Shown in pieces: positions 1 through 10,349 of a stretch of 64,000 bases of DNA. Origin of the DNA: Candidatus Iainarchaeum sp. Lineage in GTDB: Archaea > Iainarchaeota > Iainarchaeia > Iainarchaeales > UBA10191. The stretch is taken from NCBI GenBank assembly GCA_030649735.1, contig JAUSFL010000036.1, positions 96,334-160,333 of the forward strand. The letters run 5' to 3'. The notes under the pieces were generated by a model. That model was given only the letters and a program-made list of their open reading frames with translations. It was not told the DNA's origin and did no database searches. Positions within the stretch are counted from its first letter, which is position 1; every line of letters begins with the position of its first letter. Position numbers and translations under genes: made by a program.

Positions 1-1
1 T

Positions 2-2635
2 GAATTCAACGCGTTTTTCAGGAACATTCCTTTCAGTGGCAACGGTTATACTTACACTTACAATTTCAGCGATGATGGCGTGGATGCTGCAATGATGGAT
101 CCAAGGCTTTGGAGCACGCCGGAAATTTTATACAGTTCATACACAAGCACTTTTGACGCTCTTCAAGCAGACTTTCCAGCAATAAAATTCATTTATTTTA
201 CGCACATTTATTATGGAAATGACCAGACTTTGCAAGGAATCCCGGAAGCCTACAATAATATGATTTATCAAAACAAGCTTGGGCAAGTTCCAATTTTTGA
301 CTGGGGAGACATTGTTTCAACACAGCAAAGCATTGGGGGAACCACTTGCACCAGGCAATTGAACAATCCATTGGCAGCCTGGAATAATTCAGCATGCGTT
401 TGCAAATACACTGACGGTTACAGGCACGGGTGCTCTGGCTATGACGGAACTCATTATTCAGATCCTGCAATGGAAGACAGAATGGGCAAAGCATACCTTT
501 TGATGCTCGCAAAATTGTTTTGTACTGCACCGCCAGCAAACAATCCCCCGATTCTTTCAGCCATTGGAAACAAGACAGTGACTGCTGGCCAGCAATTGCA
601 GTTCACAGTAAGCGCCACTGACCCTGAAAGCAATCCATTGACTTATTCAGCCAGCAATTTGCCGAGCGGGGCAACTTTTAATTCATCAACAAGGGCATTC
701 TCTTGGACTCCGACAACAACTCAAGCCGGCACTTACAGCAATGTCAATTTTTCAGTTAGTGATGGGCAGGCAAGCGATTCAGAAGCAATAACCATTACAG
801 TCAATTCCGAAACGCCGCCAACAGGAGAGCAAATTTTCATTTCACAATCCGGGACTGGAACAGGCGCTTCCTGCTCAAGTCCAAGAAATGCCGCATGGTT
901 CAATACTGCAGCCAATTGGGGAACTGGAGCGGGAAAAATCAGCGCTGGAGACACAGTGCACTTGTGCGGAGCCATTAATTTCCAGCCATTGCAGGGCGGC
1001 TTGAGAATTTACGGCAGCGGGACTGCTGGAAACCCAATAACAGTTTATTTCGAACCTAACGCAAAATTGAGCGCTCCAGTTTTTGGCGGAGATTACGGAG
1101 ACAGTTCAGGAGGCGCAATTGACACTAGAAACAACAATTACTTGATAATTGATGGCGGAACCAATGGAATCATTGAAAGCACTGACACTGGAATGGTCGG
1201 GTATTTCACATATTACAGGCAAAGCTCGACAAATTACAACATTCCGGCAAACATTGGCGTTGCAATAGGCTATTCAAACAATGTTGAAGTAAAAAACTTG
1301 AACATTAATAATTTGTTCCAGTCTATTGGAACAGAACCTTGCGGCTGCGGCTACACTGACAGAATGGGCGCTGTTGGAAAAAACACTGGGGCAGCGGCAT
1401 TCAGGTTTTCAAACGCAACCAACATCAAAATTCACCACAACACAGTCACAATGGCTGGAATTGGAATTGGCGCGGGAATTTACGGAAACGCAAACATTGA
1501 AATTTACAACAATGTATTCCGCAAGATTGGGGCAGCAACTCACATTGGAGTAAGCGGTGCAACTGCAGAAAAAACTCTTGACATTCATGACAATAGAATT
1601 GAAGACACTACTGACTGGGGATATAATGACGGGCTGAAAATTTTCGGAGACATGATTCCTTTCAGCGGAATAAAAATCCACAATAACACCATAGGCCCTA
1701 ACATGAGCAGGACAGGGCATCCTTCAACAGCATGGGTTTTGATTTCTGACGGCTGGTTTACAGCGCCAGAAATTTACAACAACATTTTCCTAGTGGGGCC
1801 GGAAGATGGACTGACCAGTGGAATGACATATATCCTAAATCTTACTGCCTACCATGACACCGCCGGCGATCACGGCTATGCAATGAATTCAAAAGTTTAC
1901 AATAACACAGTGATTTCTGAAAACACTAATGCATCTTACGGAATTACTTTTGCAGCATTCAGCACGGCAAGCTCTGGCCACAGGGTTTACAACAATGTGT
2001 TCAAAACAAAAGGAATGATGGGCACTTACTTATTCAATAATGGCGCCACAATGGAAGAGTCAGGAAACAATGTCTTCTACAGTGCTGCGGGATTGCTTCG
2101 CTCAGACTTGAGGTATGTCGGGCCGACAGACAGGATTTTGACTGCAGAGCCGGCTTTAGGGACAGATTACAGGCCGACAGCAGGAAGCAGCCTAATTAAC
2201 GCGGGCAGAAATCTTGGAGCAGGATATTACAACTTTGATTATGCAGGAACTAACCGAAATTCTTACGCTCCATGGGACATTGGCGCTTTTGAGTATTACT
2301 CTGGACAGCCCCCAATTTGCACTCCTTCATGGTCTTGCACTGCCTGGTCTCCAACAGCCTGTCCTCAAAGCCAAACGCAAACACGAACTTGCACTGACTC
2401 ACAAGACTGCGGAACAACTTCAGGCAAGCCCGCAGAAACACAAACTTGCATTTACATTCCGCCAATAACCTGCTTTGACTTGACTGGCGATTCTAAAGTC
2501 GATGTTTTTGACCTGGTTTTTGTAAGCCTGCGCTTGGGAAATCCTGCAAGCGACCCTGCGGATGTCTTTGGAAACGACGGAGTCAACATTCAAGACCTGC
2601 AGGCAGTCGCTGGACAGTTAGGGCAGAATTGCTGA
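2..2635 (+). CDS. Large modular surface protein, 5'-truncated by the window: SGNH-like C-terminal part, Ig/cadherin-like (He_PIG-type) domain, parallel beta-helix, Cys-rich TSP1-like repeat, C-terminal dockerin-like module
   Basis: Frame is open from position 2 (EFNAFFRN...). DGTH motif; NNPPILSAIGNKTV...ATDPESNPLTYS Ig repeat; N/I-rich beta-helix repeats ending WDIGAFEY; CTPSWSCTAWS..QTRTC; DLTGDSKVDVFDL...ADVFGNDGVNIQDL EF-hand-like pair. Confidence 0.85.
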   Translation, partial: EFNAFFRNIPFSGNGYTYTYNFSDDGVDAAMMDPRLWSTPEILYSSYTSTFDALQADFPAIKFIYFTHIYYGNDQTLQGIPEAYNNMIYQNKLGQVPIFDWGDIVSTQQSIGGTTCTRQLNNPLAAWNNSACVCKYTDGYRHGCSGYDGTHYSDPAMEDRMGKAYLLMLAKLFCTAPPANNPPILSAIGNKTVTAGQQLQFTVSATDPESNPLTYSASNLPSGATFNSSTRAFSWTPTTTQAGTYSNVNFSVSDGQASDSEAITITVNSETPPTGEQIFISQSGTGTGASCSSPRNAAWFNTAANWGTGAGKISAGDTVHLCGAINFQPLQGGLRIYGSGTAGNPITVYFEPNAKLSAPVFGGDYGDSSGGAIDTRNNNYLIIDGGTNGIIESTDTGMVGYFTYYRQSSTNYNIPANIGVAIGYSNNVEVKNLNINNLFQSIGTEPCGCGYTDRMGAVGKNTGAAAFRFSNATNIKIHHNTVTMAGIGIGAGIYGNANIEIYNNVFRKIGAATHIGVSGATAEKTLDIHDNRIEDTTDWGYNDGLKIFGDMIPFSGIKIHNNTIGPNMSRTGHPSTAWVLISDGWFTAPEIYNNIFLVGPEDGLTSGMTYILNLTAYHDTAGDHGYAMNSKVYNNTVISENTNASYGITFAAFSTASSGHRVYNNVFKTKGMMGTYLFNNGATMEESGNNVFYSAAGLLRSDLRYVGPTDRILTAEPALGTDYRPTAGSSLINAGRNLGAGYYNFDYAGTNRNSYAPWDIGAFEYYSGQPPICTPSWSCTAWSPTACPQSQTQTRTCTDSQDCGTTSGKPAETQTCIYIPPITCFDLTGDSKVDVFDLVFVSLRLGNPASDPADVFGNDGVNIQDLQAVAGQLGQNC

Positions 2636-2650
2636 AAATAAAGTGAGCTA

Positions 2651-3334
2651 ATGAAAAAAATTACAACTCCCTGCAAACCAGATTACAAGAAGCAGATTTT
2701 CTCTGAAGGACTGAATTATTTTGCTACTGGAAAAAAATCAATTTGGGGAAGCGGCGACAAAGAAACACTGAAATTCTTAAAGAAAGAAAAAATCAGGGGA
2801 AAATGGCTTAATTTAGCGGCGGGCGACGGTCGTTATAATTTGAAACTGCTGAGAAAAGCAGGTTTTGTTATCGCTTCAGACATTGACAAAAGCGCATTAA
2901 GCAAATTATACCAGGGAACCCCAAAAGAATATCTGCCAAAATTGAGGATTAAAGTTTTTGACATTACTAAAAGATTTCCTTTTAAGGATTCTTCATTTGA
3001 CGGGATTTTCAGCGCGGGGGTCCTGCACCTTTTTTCAACTCAAATTCTTAAAAAGATTGTTCATGAAATGGACAGAACACTAAATGCTAAAGGAAAAGTC
3101 CTGATCGACTTTGCCACAGACATTAAGAGAGTCTCAAAAAACGGAGAATTAATCGTGTTTGAAAGTGAGCCGCAATACAAATTAAACGAGGCCAAGAAAC
3201 TGCTTAAAACTGCTTTCAAAAAGTACAGGGTTAAAATTCACGAACTGCGTGTTTTTGAAGAAGAATTCAAAGCAGTCGATAAGCAATACAATTTCAGCTG
3301 TAAGGGATTCTTGCTAGTGGCTGAAAAAAATTAA
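2651..3334 (+). CDS. Class I SAM-dependent methyltransferase
   Basis: WLNLAAGDGR motif I variant, FPFKDSSFDGIFSAGVLH. Confidence 0.85.
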   Translation: MKKITTPCKPDYKKQIFSEGLNYFATGKKSIWGSGDKETLKFLKKEKIRGKWLNLAAGDGRYNLKLLRKAGFVIASDIDKSALSKLYQGTPKEYLPKLRIKVFDITKRFPFKDSSFDGIFSAGVLHLFSTQILKKIVHEMDRTLNAKGKVLIDFATDIKRVSKNGELIVFESEPQYKLNEAKKLLKTAFKKYRVKIHELRVFEEEFKAVDKQYNFSCKGFLLVAEKN

Positions 3335-3346
3335 AAAGAAAGGAAT

Positions 3347-3634
3347 TCACTTCTTTTCAGCAAATTCCATCTTTTTCATTCTTTTAGGAATTATGAAATA
3401 GCAGATTTGATGGCAAACAACGCATTCAGCCAAGAAGGCGGGCTTTTTGTTCTGCTTTTTTGGCTGTTTTGGGAATTTTGACTTTCCGCCATATCCTTGC
3501 TTTGTCTTAAACAAGTGCTTTCTCTGGCCCTTGCTTACTGCCCTTGCAGCAGCTGGCTTGAATTGCTTTAGCTTATGGTCAGTGTGCTTTTTGCACTTTT
3601 TACAGTAAGTCTTGATATTTTTTGGAATGTTCAT
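3347..3634 (-). CDS. rpl44e: 50S ribosomal protein L44e
   Basis: MNIPKNIKTYCKKCKKHT, GYGG, ECVVC; start reassigned to ATG at 3634. Confidence 0.95.
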   Translation of the reverse strand: MNIPKNIKTYCKKCKKHTDHKLKQFKPAAARAVSKGQRKHLFKTKQGYGGKSKFPKQPKKQNKKPAFLAECVVCHQICYFIIPKRMKKMEFAEKK

Positions 3635-3806
3635 TCTAAAATTCACCGCTAGAATCTTTTTCAAAAAAGGCCTAAAAATTAGGTTTTTTGTTAGAAGATA
3701 TTGCGGGGAAAAGCATTTATAATATTACTGCAAAAAAACCCAAAAAAGCGCGAAAAGCCTTAAAAACTAAAACAGCATTAGCTTTACGAGTTACAGGGTT
3801 TTTTCA

Positions 3807-4649
3807 ATGTTCAAGAGCTTGATTGGGAGTTTGGGCCAGATTGCCGCAAAACCGCAGGTTTTATTGGCCGGCATTATTGCAACAGTCTTCCAGACAATAA
3901 TATTCTATTTTTCCCTGACGCCTTTGGCGAATGTATTTGATAATGCAGTATTGCTTGGGGAACTGCCTAATGTAAGCCTGATTGAACTGCCTTTCCAGTT
4001 TTACAAAATGTACGCAAGCGACTTGAACGTAATTTTGGTTTTTCTCCTGCTTTCAATGATCGTGCAGTTCTGGCTTGCAATAGTTGTTGCAAGGTTTGCC
4101 GAGAACACAATGCACAAAAAGCAAGGCATTTTGGAGGCAATAGGGTTTGGGATTGCAAGCTTTTGGAAAATCATTGGGGCAATAGTTTTCCTATTGGCTG
4201 CCGCGGGGATTTTTTTTGCATTGTTTCAAATAATAATCTGGCTTTCGGACTTTTCGCAAGAGCTTTCCCTGATTTTGATGCTCTTGCTTGCGGTCTTTAC
4301 AGCTTACTTGTTTGTGAAACTGCTTTTTTTCCTCCAGATTATGGGGGCAAAGGCAGCGAATGCAAGGATTGCATTGCTGGAATCCTGGAATTTCAGCAAG
4401 AAAAGATTCTGGTTCATTGTAATATTGATTGTGATTCTTTCAATAATTGCGGGATTGATTGACTTTGCCGGAAGCCTTGCTTCAGAGCCTTTCGGAGACT
4501 CAATAATTGCGACAATTGTCCTGGCTTTCTTTTCAATCCTGGGAACGACTTATTCAACACTGGTTTTGGCAAACTATTACCTGAACCATGAAGTAGAGCA
4601 CGGAAAGCTCTTTTACGAAGGCCGCAGAAGGCATCATGAGAGCAAGTGA
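3807..4649 (+). CDS. Multi-pass membrane protein of unknown function
   Basis: About 6-7 hydrophobic segments; stop overlaps the next start (GTGA). Confidence 0.75.
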   Translation: MFKSLIGSLGQIAAKPQVLLAGIIATVFQTIIFYFSLTPLANVFDNAVLLGELPNVSLIELPFQFYKMYASDLNVILVFLLLSMIVQFWLAIVVARFAENTMHKKQGILEAIGFGIASFWKIIGAIVFLLAAAGIFFALFQIIIWLSDFSQELSLILMLLLAVFTAYLFVKLLFFLQIMGAKAANARIALLESWNFSKKRFWFIVILIVILSIIAGLIDFAGSLASEPFGDSIIATIVLAFFSILGTTYSTLVLANYYLNHEVEHGKLFYEGRRRHHESK

Positions 4650-5437
4650 TTCTTTTGGAAGAAAAAAAGCTTTTGATAATCTTAGCGATTGCCGTAATAG
4701 CAGTGGTTGCATTATTTGCTTTTGGTTTCCTTTTCATGGCCGCAAGGTTTGGCAATTTTTTCCCCGCTGAACATCCAGCCACAATGCTTATTATTGGAAC
4801 TCCAAGCAAATACACAATGGAAGTTTTAAACGCAAATAGGGAATTGGTTTATCCAATAACAACCCGCACTGCTGACGCAATGTCGCGCAATTCAGAACAG
4901 CAATTAGCCCAATATGATATTGTAATGTTGGACCAGTCACAGCAAGAAAATAAAGAAGTTTCCCGGGCTTTAGGGGAAGCCTTGCAAAAATACGTGAATT
5001 CTGGCGGAAAACTTATTACAGTGCTGGATTCTGGAATCAAAGAGCCAAATGAATCCGGAAACATCGGGTGGAAAACAACTTTTGGAACAATCATTCCAGT
5101 GGAATGCAGGCTTGAAAGCATGACAAACCAGCCAGGCTGCACAAAGAAAGTCACGCTTAATGGAAGGATTTTTCCCGGAGCTTACGGGCACAATCATGCA
5201 ATAATGAGGGGAATTACGCAATATCCTGCAGAACAGTCAAAGCTCTTAAGGGAAACCGTGCTTGACATTACAAACACAGGCAATGAAATAGCATACATTG
5301 AAGACGCAAGGACAAAAGTCCAGTACACTGCAATTACTGAAGCTCAGACTCTTGTTGGAAAAAGCATTTACTTCAATTATGACCCCGGAACAACTCCGGC
5401 AATTCTTGAAACAACCTTAGACTACATGACCAAATAA
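4646..5437 (+). CDS. Membrane-anchored extracellular protein, possibly class I glutamine amidotransferase-like fold
   Basis: N-terminal TM helix; LAQYDIVML...LQKYVNSGGKLI pattern. Confidence 0.65.
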   Translation: MILLEEKKLLIILAIAVIAVVALFAFGFLFMAARFGNFFPAEHPATMLIIGTPSKYTMEVLNANRELVYPITTRTADAMSRNSEQQLAQYDIVMLDQSQQENKEVSRALGEALQKYVNSGGKLITVLDSGIKEPNESGNIGWKTTFGTIIPVECRLESMTNQPGCTKKVTLNGRIFPGAYGHNHAIMRGITQYPAEQSKLLRETVLDITNTGNEIAYIEDARTKVQYTAITEAQTLVGKSIYFNYDPGTTPAILETTLDYMTK

Positions 5438-5478
5438 TGTAATGCGGGAAAAATTATCTTTAAAAGGAGTGATTTTAA

Positions 5479-6210
5479 ATGAAAAAAGCAATAATTTTGA
5501 TTGCAATAATCGCATTGATTGCTCTAGCGGGCTGTTCACAGCCGCCAAGCAATCCGCCAACAACCCCTGCAGGGGCAAACAATAGAACAGCCCCCTCGGG
5601 AAATACTACAGCACCGCCGGGAAACAATGCAGGCACGGTCGCAAGCCAGCCTGCATTCAGCGACGTGGCAAGCAAGCTCTTGACAGCAAAGTTCAAGGCA
5701 ACTTATCAAATGACTTCAACAGCACAACCCGGGCAAAACATTGAATCCACCCAATACATGCTATACCCAAAGCAAAGAACAGACATGACAGTTGAAGGAA
5801 AAGAAATAAGGACTTTAATTAATCTTTCAAGCGGAGAGTACATTTCTTGCTTTAACAATTCAGGCTGGGCTTGCATGAAATTGCCAAATCCCCAAGCAGG
5901 AAGAACAGACACTGCTTTTGAAGCAAGCAAAAACCAAAGCGATTTTGACACTTCATTCGACGGCACAATGACTGTTGCAGGAAGGACTGGAAATTGCTAC
6001 AAAATCTCCAAAAAAACAGGCATAATCTTAAAGTCAAGGATTTGCGCAACAACTGACGGAATATTGCTTTACACAATGACTGAAACAGAGCAAGGAAGCA
6101 GTACAACCCAAGCGACTTCAATATCAACAGATGTTTCAGAAAGCGACTTTACGCCCCCGGCAACCCCTCAAGACTTGAGCGGAACAATTCCCGCAGGCCT
6201 GCCGCAGTAA
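5479..6210 (+). CDS. Lipoprotein with Pro/Thr-rich linker
   Basis: Signal peptide with lipobox LAGC; SD GGAGTGA upstream; several NxS/T sequons. Confidence 0.8.
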   Translation: MKKAIILIAIIALIALAGCSQPPSNPPTTPAGANNRTAPSGNTTAPPGNNAGTVASQPAFSDVASKLLTAKFKATYQMTSTAQPGQNIESTQYMLYPKQRTDMTVEGKEIRTLINLSSGEYISCFNNSGWACMKLPNPQAGRTDTAFEASKNQSDFDTSFDGTMTVAGRTGNCYKISKKTGIILKSRICATTDGILLYTMTETEQGSSTTQATSISTDVSESDFTPPATPQDLSGTIPAGLPQ

Positions 6211-6338
6211 AATTTTTGGAAAAGGGAAAAAAATTCCCTTTCCTTTTATTTTTCATAAAAAAAACTCTCAAAGAAGACTTTTTAATCTTTAACTGCCTTC
6301 TAATATGGGATTTTCCAATAGGCAATAGCGGTTTTTTA

Positions 6339-9242
6339 ATGATAAAGCTCAAGAAATTAGAGTTCAAAAACTTCAAGTCTTTCAAGAAAGCCAGCATTCC
6401 AATGGCTGAAGGATTCACTGCAATTGCGGGCCCCAATGGATCGGGAAAATCAAATATTTTAGACGGCTTGTTGTTTGTTTTGGGAATTACAAGCATGAAA
6501 ATGCTCCGCGCCGACAAGCTTACAGAACTAGTCAATCACGAGGCAGAAGACAGCACAGCGCGCGTTTCGCTGATTTTGAAAGACAAGGAGCAAGAGTTTG
6601 AAATCAGCAGAAGCATTGACAGGCAGGGAAAAAGCGTTTGCAGAATGAACGAAAAGCGCTGCGGGCTCAATGAAATTGCAAGCTTTTTGAACGAGGTCGG
6701 AATAAAGCCGACAGGCTACAACATTGTCGTCCAAGGGGACATTACCAGAATCATTCAAATGAGCCCTAAGGAAAGGCGCGGAATAATTGACGAAGCCGCA
6801 GGCATTAGGGAGTTTGACGAAAAGCGCGAGGAAGCGCTTAAAGAACTGGACAAGGTTGAAATCAAAATCAAGGAAGTCCGCATAGTGCTTAATGAAAGAG
6901 AGCAATTCTTGCGCGAGCTCGCGAACGAGCGCGAGGCAGCGAACAAGTACCTGCAATTGACGCGCGAGCTAAAGCAAAGCAAGGCAACGCTTTTCAAGCT
7001 CGAAATTGGCGAGTTGAATGCTGAAAACGCAAAGTTTGAAATGAAAGAAAGCAAGATTGCCGAAGAATTAAAGGCGTTCACAGACCAAAGGAATGAAGTT
7101 TCGCAAAGAATTGCCGAGCTTTCCGCAAAAATCGAAGAATTGAACAATTTCCTCATTTCCTCTGGAGAAAAAAACTTTGAAGAATTTGGAAGGGTTTTTG
7201 AAGAGAAAAAATCAGAGCTCCGCATTAGCGAGGAAAGAATCAGCGAAGGAAAAAAAGGCCTTGAAGAATTCACAAAAAGAGAAGAAAGCATTCACGGAGC
7301 ATTAAAAGAGCTTGAGGAAAGGAAAAAACAGCTTGCCGAAGGCCTAAAGGCAGCCGCAAAAGAATTGAAAGCGCTTGAAGAAAAATTAAAGCAAGAGGCA
7401 AGCATCAAGGAAGGCAACATTAATGAATTGCAGAACGCGTTGCAAAAGGCGGCAAAAGCAATGGAAGAAAAGCGGGCTGAACTCCGGATTGCTGAAGAAT
7501 TCGCAAAGCAAGACGCACGGGCAATCACTGAAAGAAAGAATCGCTCTGCAATCCTGAAAAGCCAATTGGAAAGCATTGAAGAAAGGAAAAGCCAGGTTTC
7601 TGGAAAATTCAAGGCAGAAAACGCAAAAGTCAAAGAGCTTCAAGGAAAAGTCTCAAAATTTGAAAGCGAAAAAGTGACTGAAAACTTGAATGACAGCATT
7701 AAAAAACACGGGATTCTGGAAGGAGAATTAAAGGGCTTAAAGGATTCCTTGAAGGAATTGAAAAAGGCGGCTGCAAAATGCCCTGTTTGCGAAGCAAGCC
7801 TTAAGGAATCAAGAAAAAAAGAGCTTGCTGAAAATAAGGAAAAAGAAATCGCAAAGCTTGAATCCAAGGCAAGAACTCTGGAAGAAAAAACCAGAGAGTT
7901 TGAGGAAAAGTTTTCCGAATTAAGCCAAGCCAAAGCCGAATTCAACATAATTAATTCTGGCTTTCAAAAAACAGAGTCTGAATTAAAGCACTTTGAAGAA
8001 AGAGCAGCTGAACTTTCAAAAGAATCAAAAGAAAACGAGAAACTGCTTTCAGAAATCGAGCTAAAAAATTCCAATGCAATCGAGCAAATCCCAAAACTGA
8101 AGCAACAGCTTGGAGAACTTGAAAGCGAGCATTCCAAAAGGCTTGAAAAGCACAACAGCATTCAAGAAATTGAAAGAGAATTCCAAAAACAAAGCAATGA
8201 AAGGCTGCGCCTGGAATTCGAAGAAAAAAGCAGTGCTGAAAGAATTGCAGAATTGGAAAAGGAAACTCCATCAATTGAAAAATCAAGCATTGAAATTGCG
8301 GAGAGAATAAAGCTTGAAAGCGAAAAAGCCAGGCATTTGGGCAAGGAATTGCAGGAACTCGAAATCCAGCAGAAAAAAAGCCTTGAGAAAAACAAGCGCT
8401 GGCTTGACGAAAAAGAGCTATTGAAGGGAAAAAACGAAGAGGCTTTTGCAAAAAAGCAAAAAAGCGAAGAAATCATCAGAAAGCAGGAAATGCAATTAAA
8501 CGAGCTTGCCTTGGAAAAAAGCAAGAATTCAGTTCGCTTGACAGACTTGCAGGAAGAGCAAAAGAATTTCATTGAAGAAAAAATCATTGAAAACATGAAC
8601 TTGGATGCTTTGAGAAGGAGAATTCCCCAAATAGACAAGGAATTGAATTCTCTTGGCGCAATAAACATGAAGGCCTTGGAAAGCTTTGAGAATTTGGGAA
8701 GGGAAGTAGGGGAAGTGCGCGCAAAAGCCAACAAGCTAGAGGAAGAAAAAATTTCAGTAATGGACTTGATTCAAAAAATCGAGGTCAAAAGGCTTGAAGT
8801 GTTTGCAAACTGCTTCAACAAAGTCAATGAAAACTTCAACAAACTGTACTTTGACTTCTTTGAAGGCAAAGGCGCTTTGCGCCTGACTGACGAGAAAAGC
8901 CCTTTCGAGGCAGGACTGATCATAGAAGTTGCCCACAAAAACAACAAGACATTAAGCATTGACCTGATGAGCGGCGGAGAAAGGACTTTGGCCGCGCTTG
9001 CCTTCTTGTTTGCAATCCAATTCTATGAGCCTTCGCCATTTTACGTTTTTGACGAGGCAGACGCCGCACTCGATGACGCCAATTCCATAAAATTTGCGAA
9101 CATGATCAAGGAAATTTCAAAGCAAAGCCAATTCATTGCAATAACCCACAATGACGTTGTCATAAAGCAAGCCGACCAAATAATCGGAGTTGCAACCAAC
9201 AAGCAAAAAAGCAGTTCAGTGATAGGGCTGAAAGTCCAGTGA
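6339..9242 (+). CDS. smc: SMC-family chromosome ATPase with central CxxC zinc hook
   Basis: MIKLKKLEFKNFKSF start; Walker A GPNGSGKS; Q-loop NIVVQGDI; LGAINMKA; MSGGE signature; FYVFDEADAALD; long coiled coils; CPVC at 7779-7790. Confidence 0.9.
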   Translation: MIKLKKLEFKNFKSFKKASIPMAEGFTAIAGPNGSGKSNILDGLLFVLGITSMKMLRADKLTELVNHEAEDSTARVSLILKDKEQEFEISRSIDRQGKSVCRMNEKRCGLNEIASFLNEVGIKPTGYNIVVQGDITRIIQMSPKERRGIIDEAAGIREFDEKREEALKELDKVEIKIKEVRIVLNEREQFLRELANEREAANKYLQLTRELKQSKATLFKLEIGELNAENAKFEMKESKIAEELKAFTDQRNEVSQRIAELSAKIEELNNFLISSGEKNFEEFGRVFEEKKSELRISEERISEGKKGLEEFTKREESIHGALKELEERKKQLAEGLKAAAKELKALEEKLKQEASIKEGNINELQNALQKAAKAMEEKRAELRIAEEFAKQDARAITERKNRSAILKSQLESIEERKSQVSGKFKAENAKVKELQGKVSKFESEKVTENLNDSIKKHGILEGELKGLKDSLKELKKAAAKCPVCEASLKESRKKELAENKEKEIAKLESKARTLEEKTREFEEKFSELSQAKAEFNIINSGFQKTESELKHFEERAAELSKESKENEKLLSEIELKNSNAIEQIPKLKQQLGELESEHSKRLEKHNSIQEIEREFQKQSNERLRLEFEEKSSAERIAELEKETPSIEKSSIEIAERIKLESEKARHLGKELQELEIQQKKSLEKNKRWLDEKELLKGKNEEAFAKKQKSEEIIRKQEMQLNELALEKSKNSVRLTDLQEEQKNFIEEKIIENMNLDALRRRIPQIDKELNSLGAINMKALESFENLGREVGEVRAKANKLEEEKISVMDLIQKIEVKRLEVFANCFNKVNENFNKLYFDFFEGKGALRLTDEKSPFEAGLIIEVAHKNNKTLSIDLMSGGERTLAALAFLFAIQFYEPSPFYVFDEADAALDDANSIKFANMIKEISKQSQFIAITHNDVVIKQADQIIGVATNKQKSSSVIGLKVQ

Positions 9243-9251
9243 GGAAAAAGA

Positions 9252-10349
9252 ATGCACGCTAAAAAACTGGTTTGCTTCAAGTGCGGGAAAGAATTTCCAG
9301 CAAATTCGAGAATTTTTTGGTGCTCTAAATGCGGCTATTCATTAGATGTTGAATACCATTATAGTGAAATCAAGAACTTGGTGGAAAGAGAAGAGTTTTT
9401 GAGGGCGCCAGTAAAGCACTGGAAGTACTGGATGTTCTATCCAGTGCAGGATTTGCAGAAAGTAGTTTCAATGCATGAGGGCGGAACAGCGCTAATTAAA
9501 TCACGGCATTTCAAGGATTACTGGTTCAAGTTTGAAGGCGTAAACCCGACAGGCAGTTTCAAGGACCGCGGTTCTACAATCGAAATAACCAAGGCAATTG
9601 AAAATTGCGAGAAAGAAGTCTTGTGCGCTAGCACTGGAAACATGGGCGCTTCAATTGCAGCTTATTCTGCACGCGCTGGAATTAAGGCAAGCATTTTCGT
9701 GCCAGAATTCGCAAGCAGTGAAAAAATCCGCCAGATTAAGGCTTATGGAGCAAGCGTTACAAAAGTAAAAGGAACTTACGACCACGCGCTGGAATTGACA
9801 AAAAAAATTTTTGAAAAAAAAGGCACTTACTTGACTGGAGATTATTATTACAGGGCTGAAGGCCAAAAAAGCGTTGGATTTGAGATAATAGACCAGTTAA
9901 ACTGGGAAAGTCCGGAAAACATCGTGTGCCCGGTAGGCAATGGCACTTTATTGTTTGCTGTCTTCAAGGCATGCAAGGAATTTGCGAAAGTCGGCTTATT
10001 GAAAAGCATGCCCCGCATTTACGGAGTGCAGGCGACAGGCTGCAACCCAATCAAAAAAGCCAAGGTTTTGCCAGTCAAAAACCCGAAAACTGAAGCAAGC
10101 GCCATTGACTGCGGAAACCCAGTTTACGGCCTTGAAGTCTTGAAAGCAATCAAGGAATCAAAAGGACAGATTGCCGCGGTTTCTGACAAGGAAATGGCAA
10201 AAAGCATGAAAAGCCTTGCAAGCGAAGGCATTTTTGCAGAATTAAGCGGAGCAGCAAGCTTGGCCGGAGCATTAAAGCTTGGCTTGAAGGGAAAAACAGC
10301 GTGCATTGTTTCAGGCCACGGGTTGAAAGAAAGCAAAAGCTACTACTAG
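9252..10349 (+). CDS. thrC: Threonine synthase (PLP-dependent, fold type II)
   Basis: KFEGVNPTGSFKDRG, ASTGNMG, PVGNG, SGHGLK; N-terminal CxxC..CxxC. Confidence 0.88.
   Translation: MHAKKLVCFKCGKEFPANSRIFWCSKCGYSLDVEYHYSEIKNLVEREEFLRAPVKHWKYWMFYPVQDLQKVVSMHEGGTALIKSRHFKDYWFKFEGVNPTGSFKDRGSTIEITKAIENCEKEVLCASTGNMGASIAAYSARAGIKASIFVPEFASSEKIRQIKAYGASVTKVKGTYDHALELTKKIFEKKGTYLTGDYYYRAEGQKSVGFEIIDQLNWESPENIVCPVGNGTLLFAVFKACKEFAKVGLLKSMPRIYGVQATGCNPIKKAKVLPVKNPKTEASAIDCGNPVYGLEVLKAIKESKGQIAAVSDKEMAKSMKSLASEGIFAELSGAASLAGALKLGLKGKTACIVSGHGLKESKSYY

Noticed and set aside
6216-6338. 41-aa N-terminal extension of Smc in the ORF track
   Set aside because: AT-rich intergenic sequence read from an upstream TTG; the conserved start is ATG 6339
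6339-9242. Calling the ATPase Rad50 because of CPVC
   Set aside because: Head and joint motifs (LGAINMKA, DEADAALD) are Smc-type rather than Rad50-type (DEPT), and there is no adjacent mre11/nurA/herA
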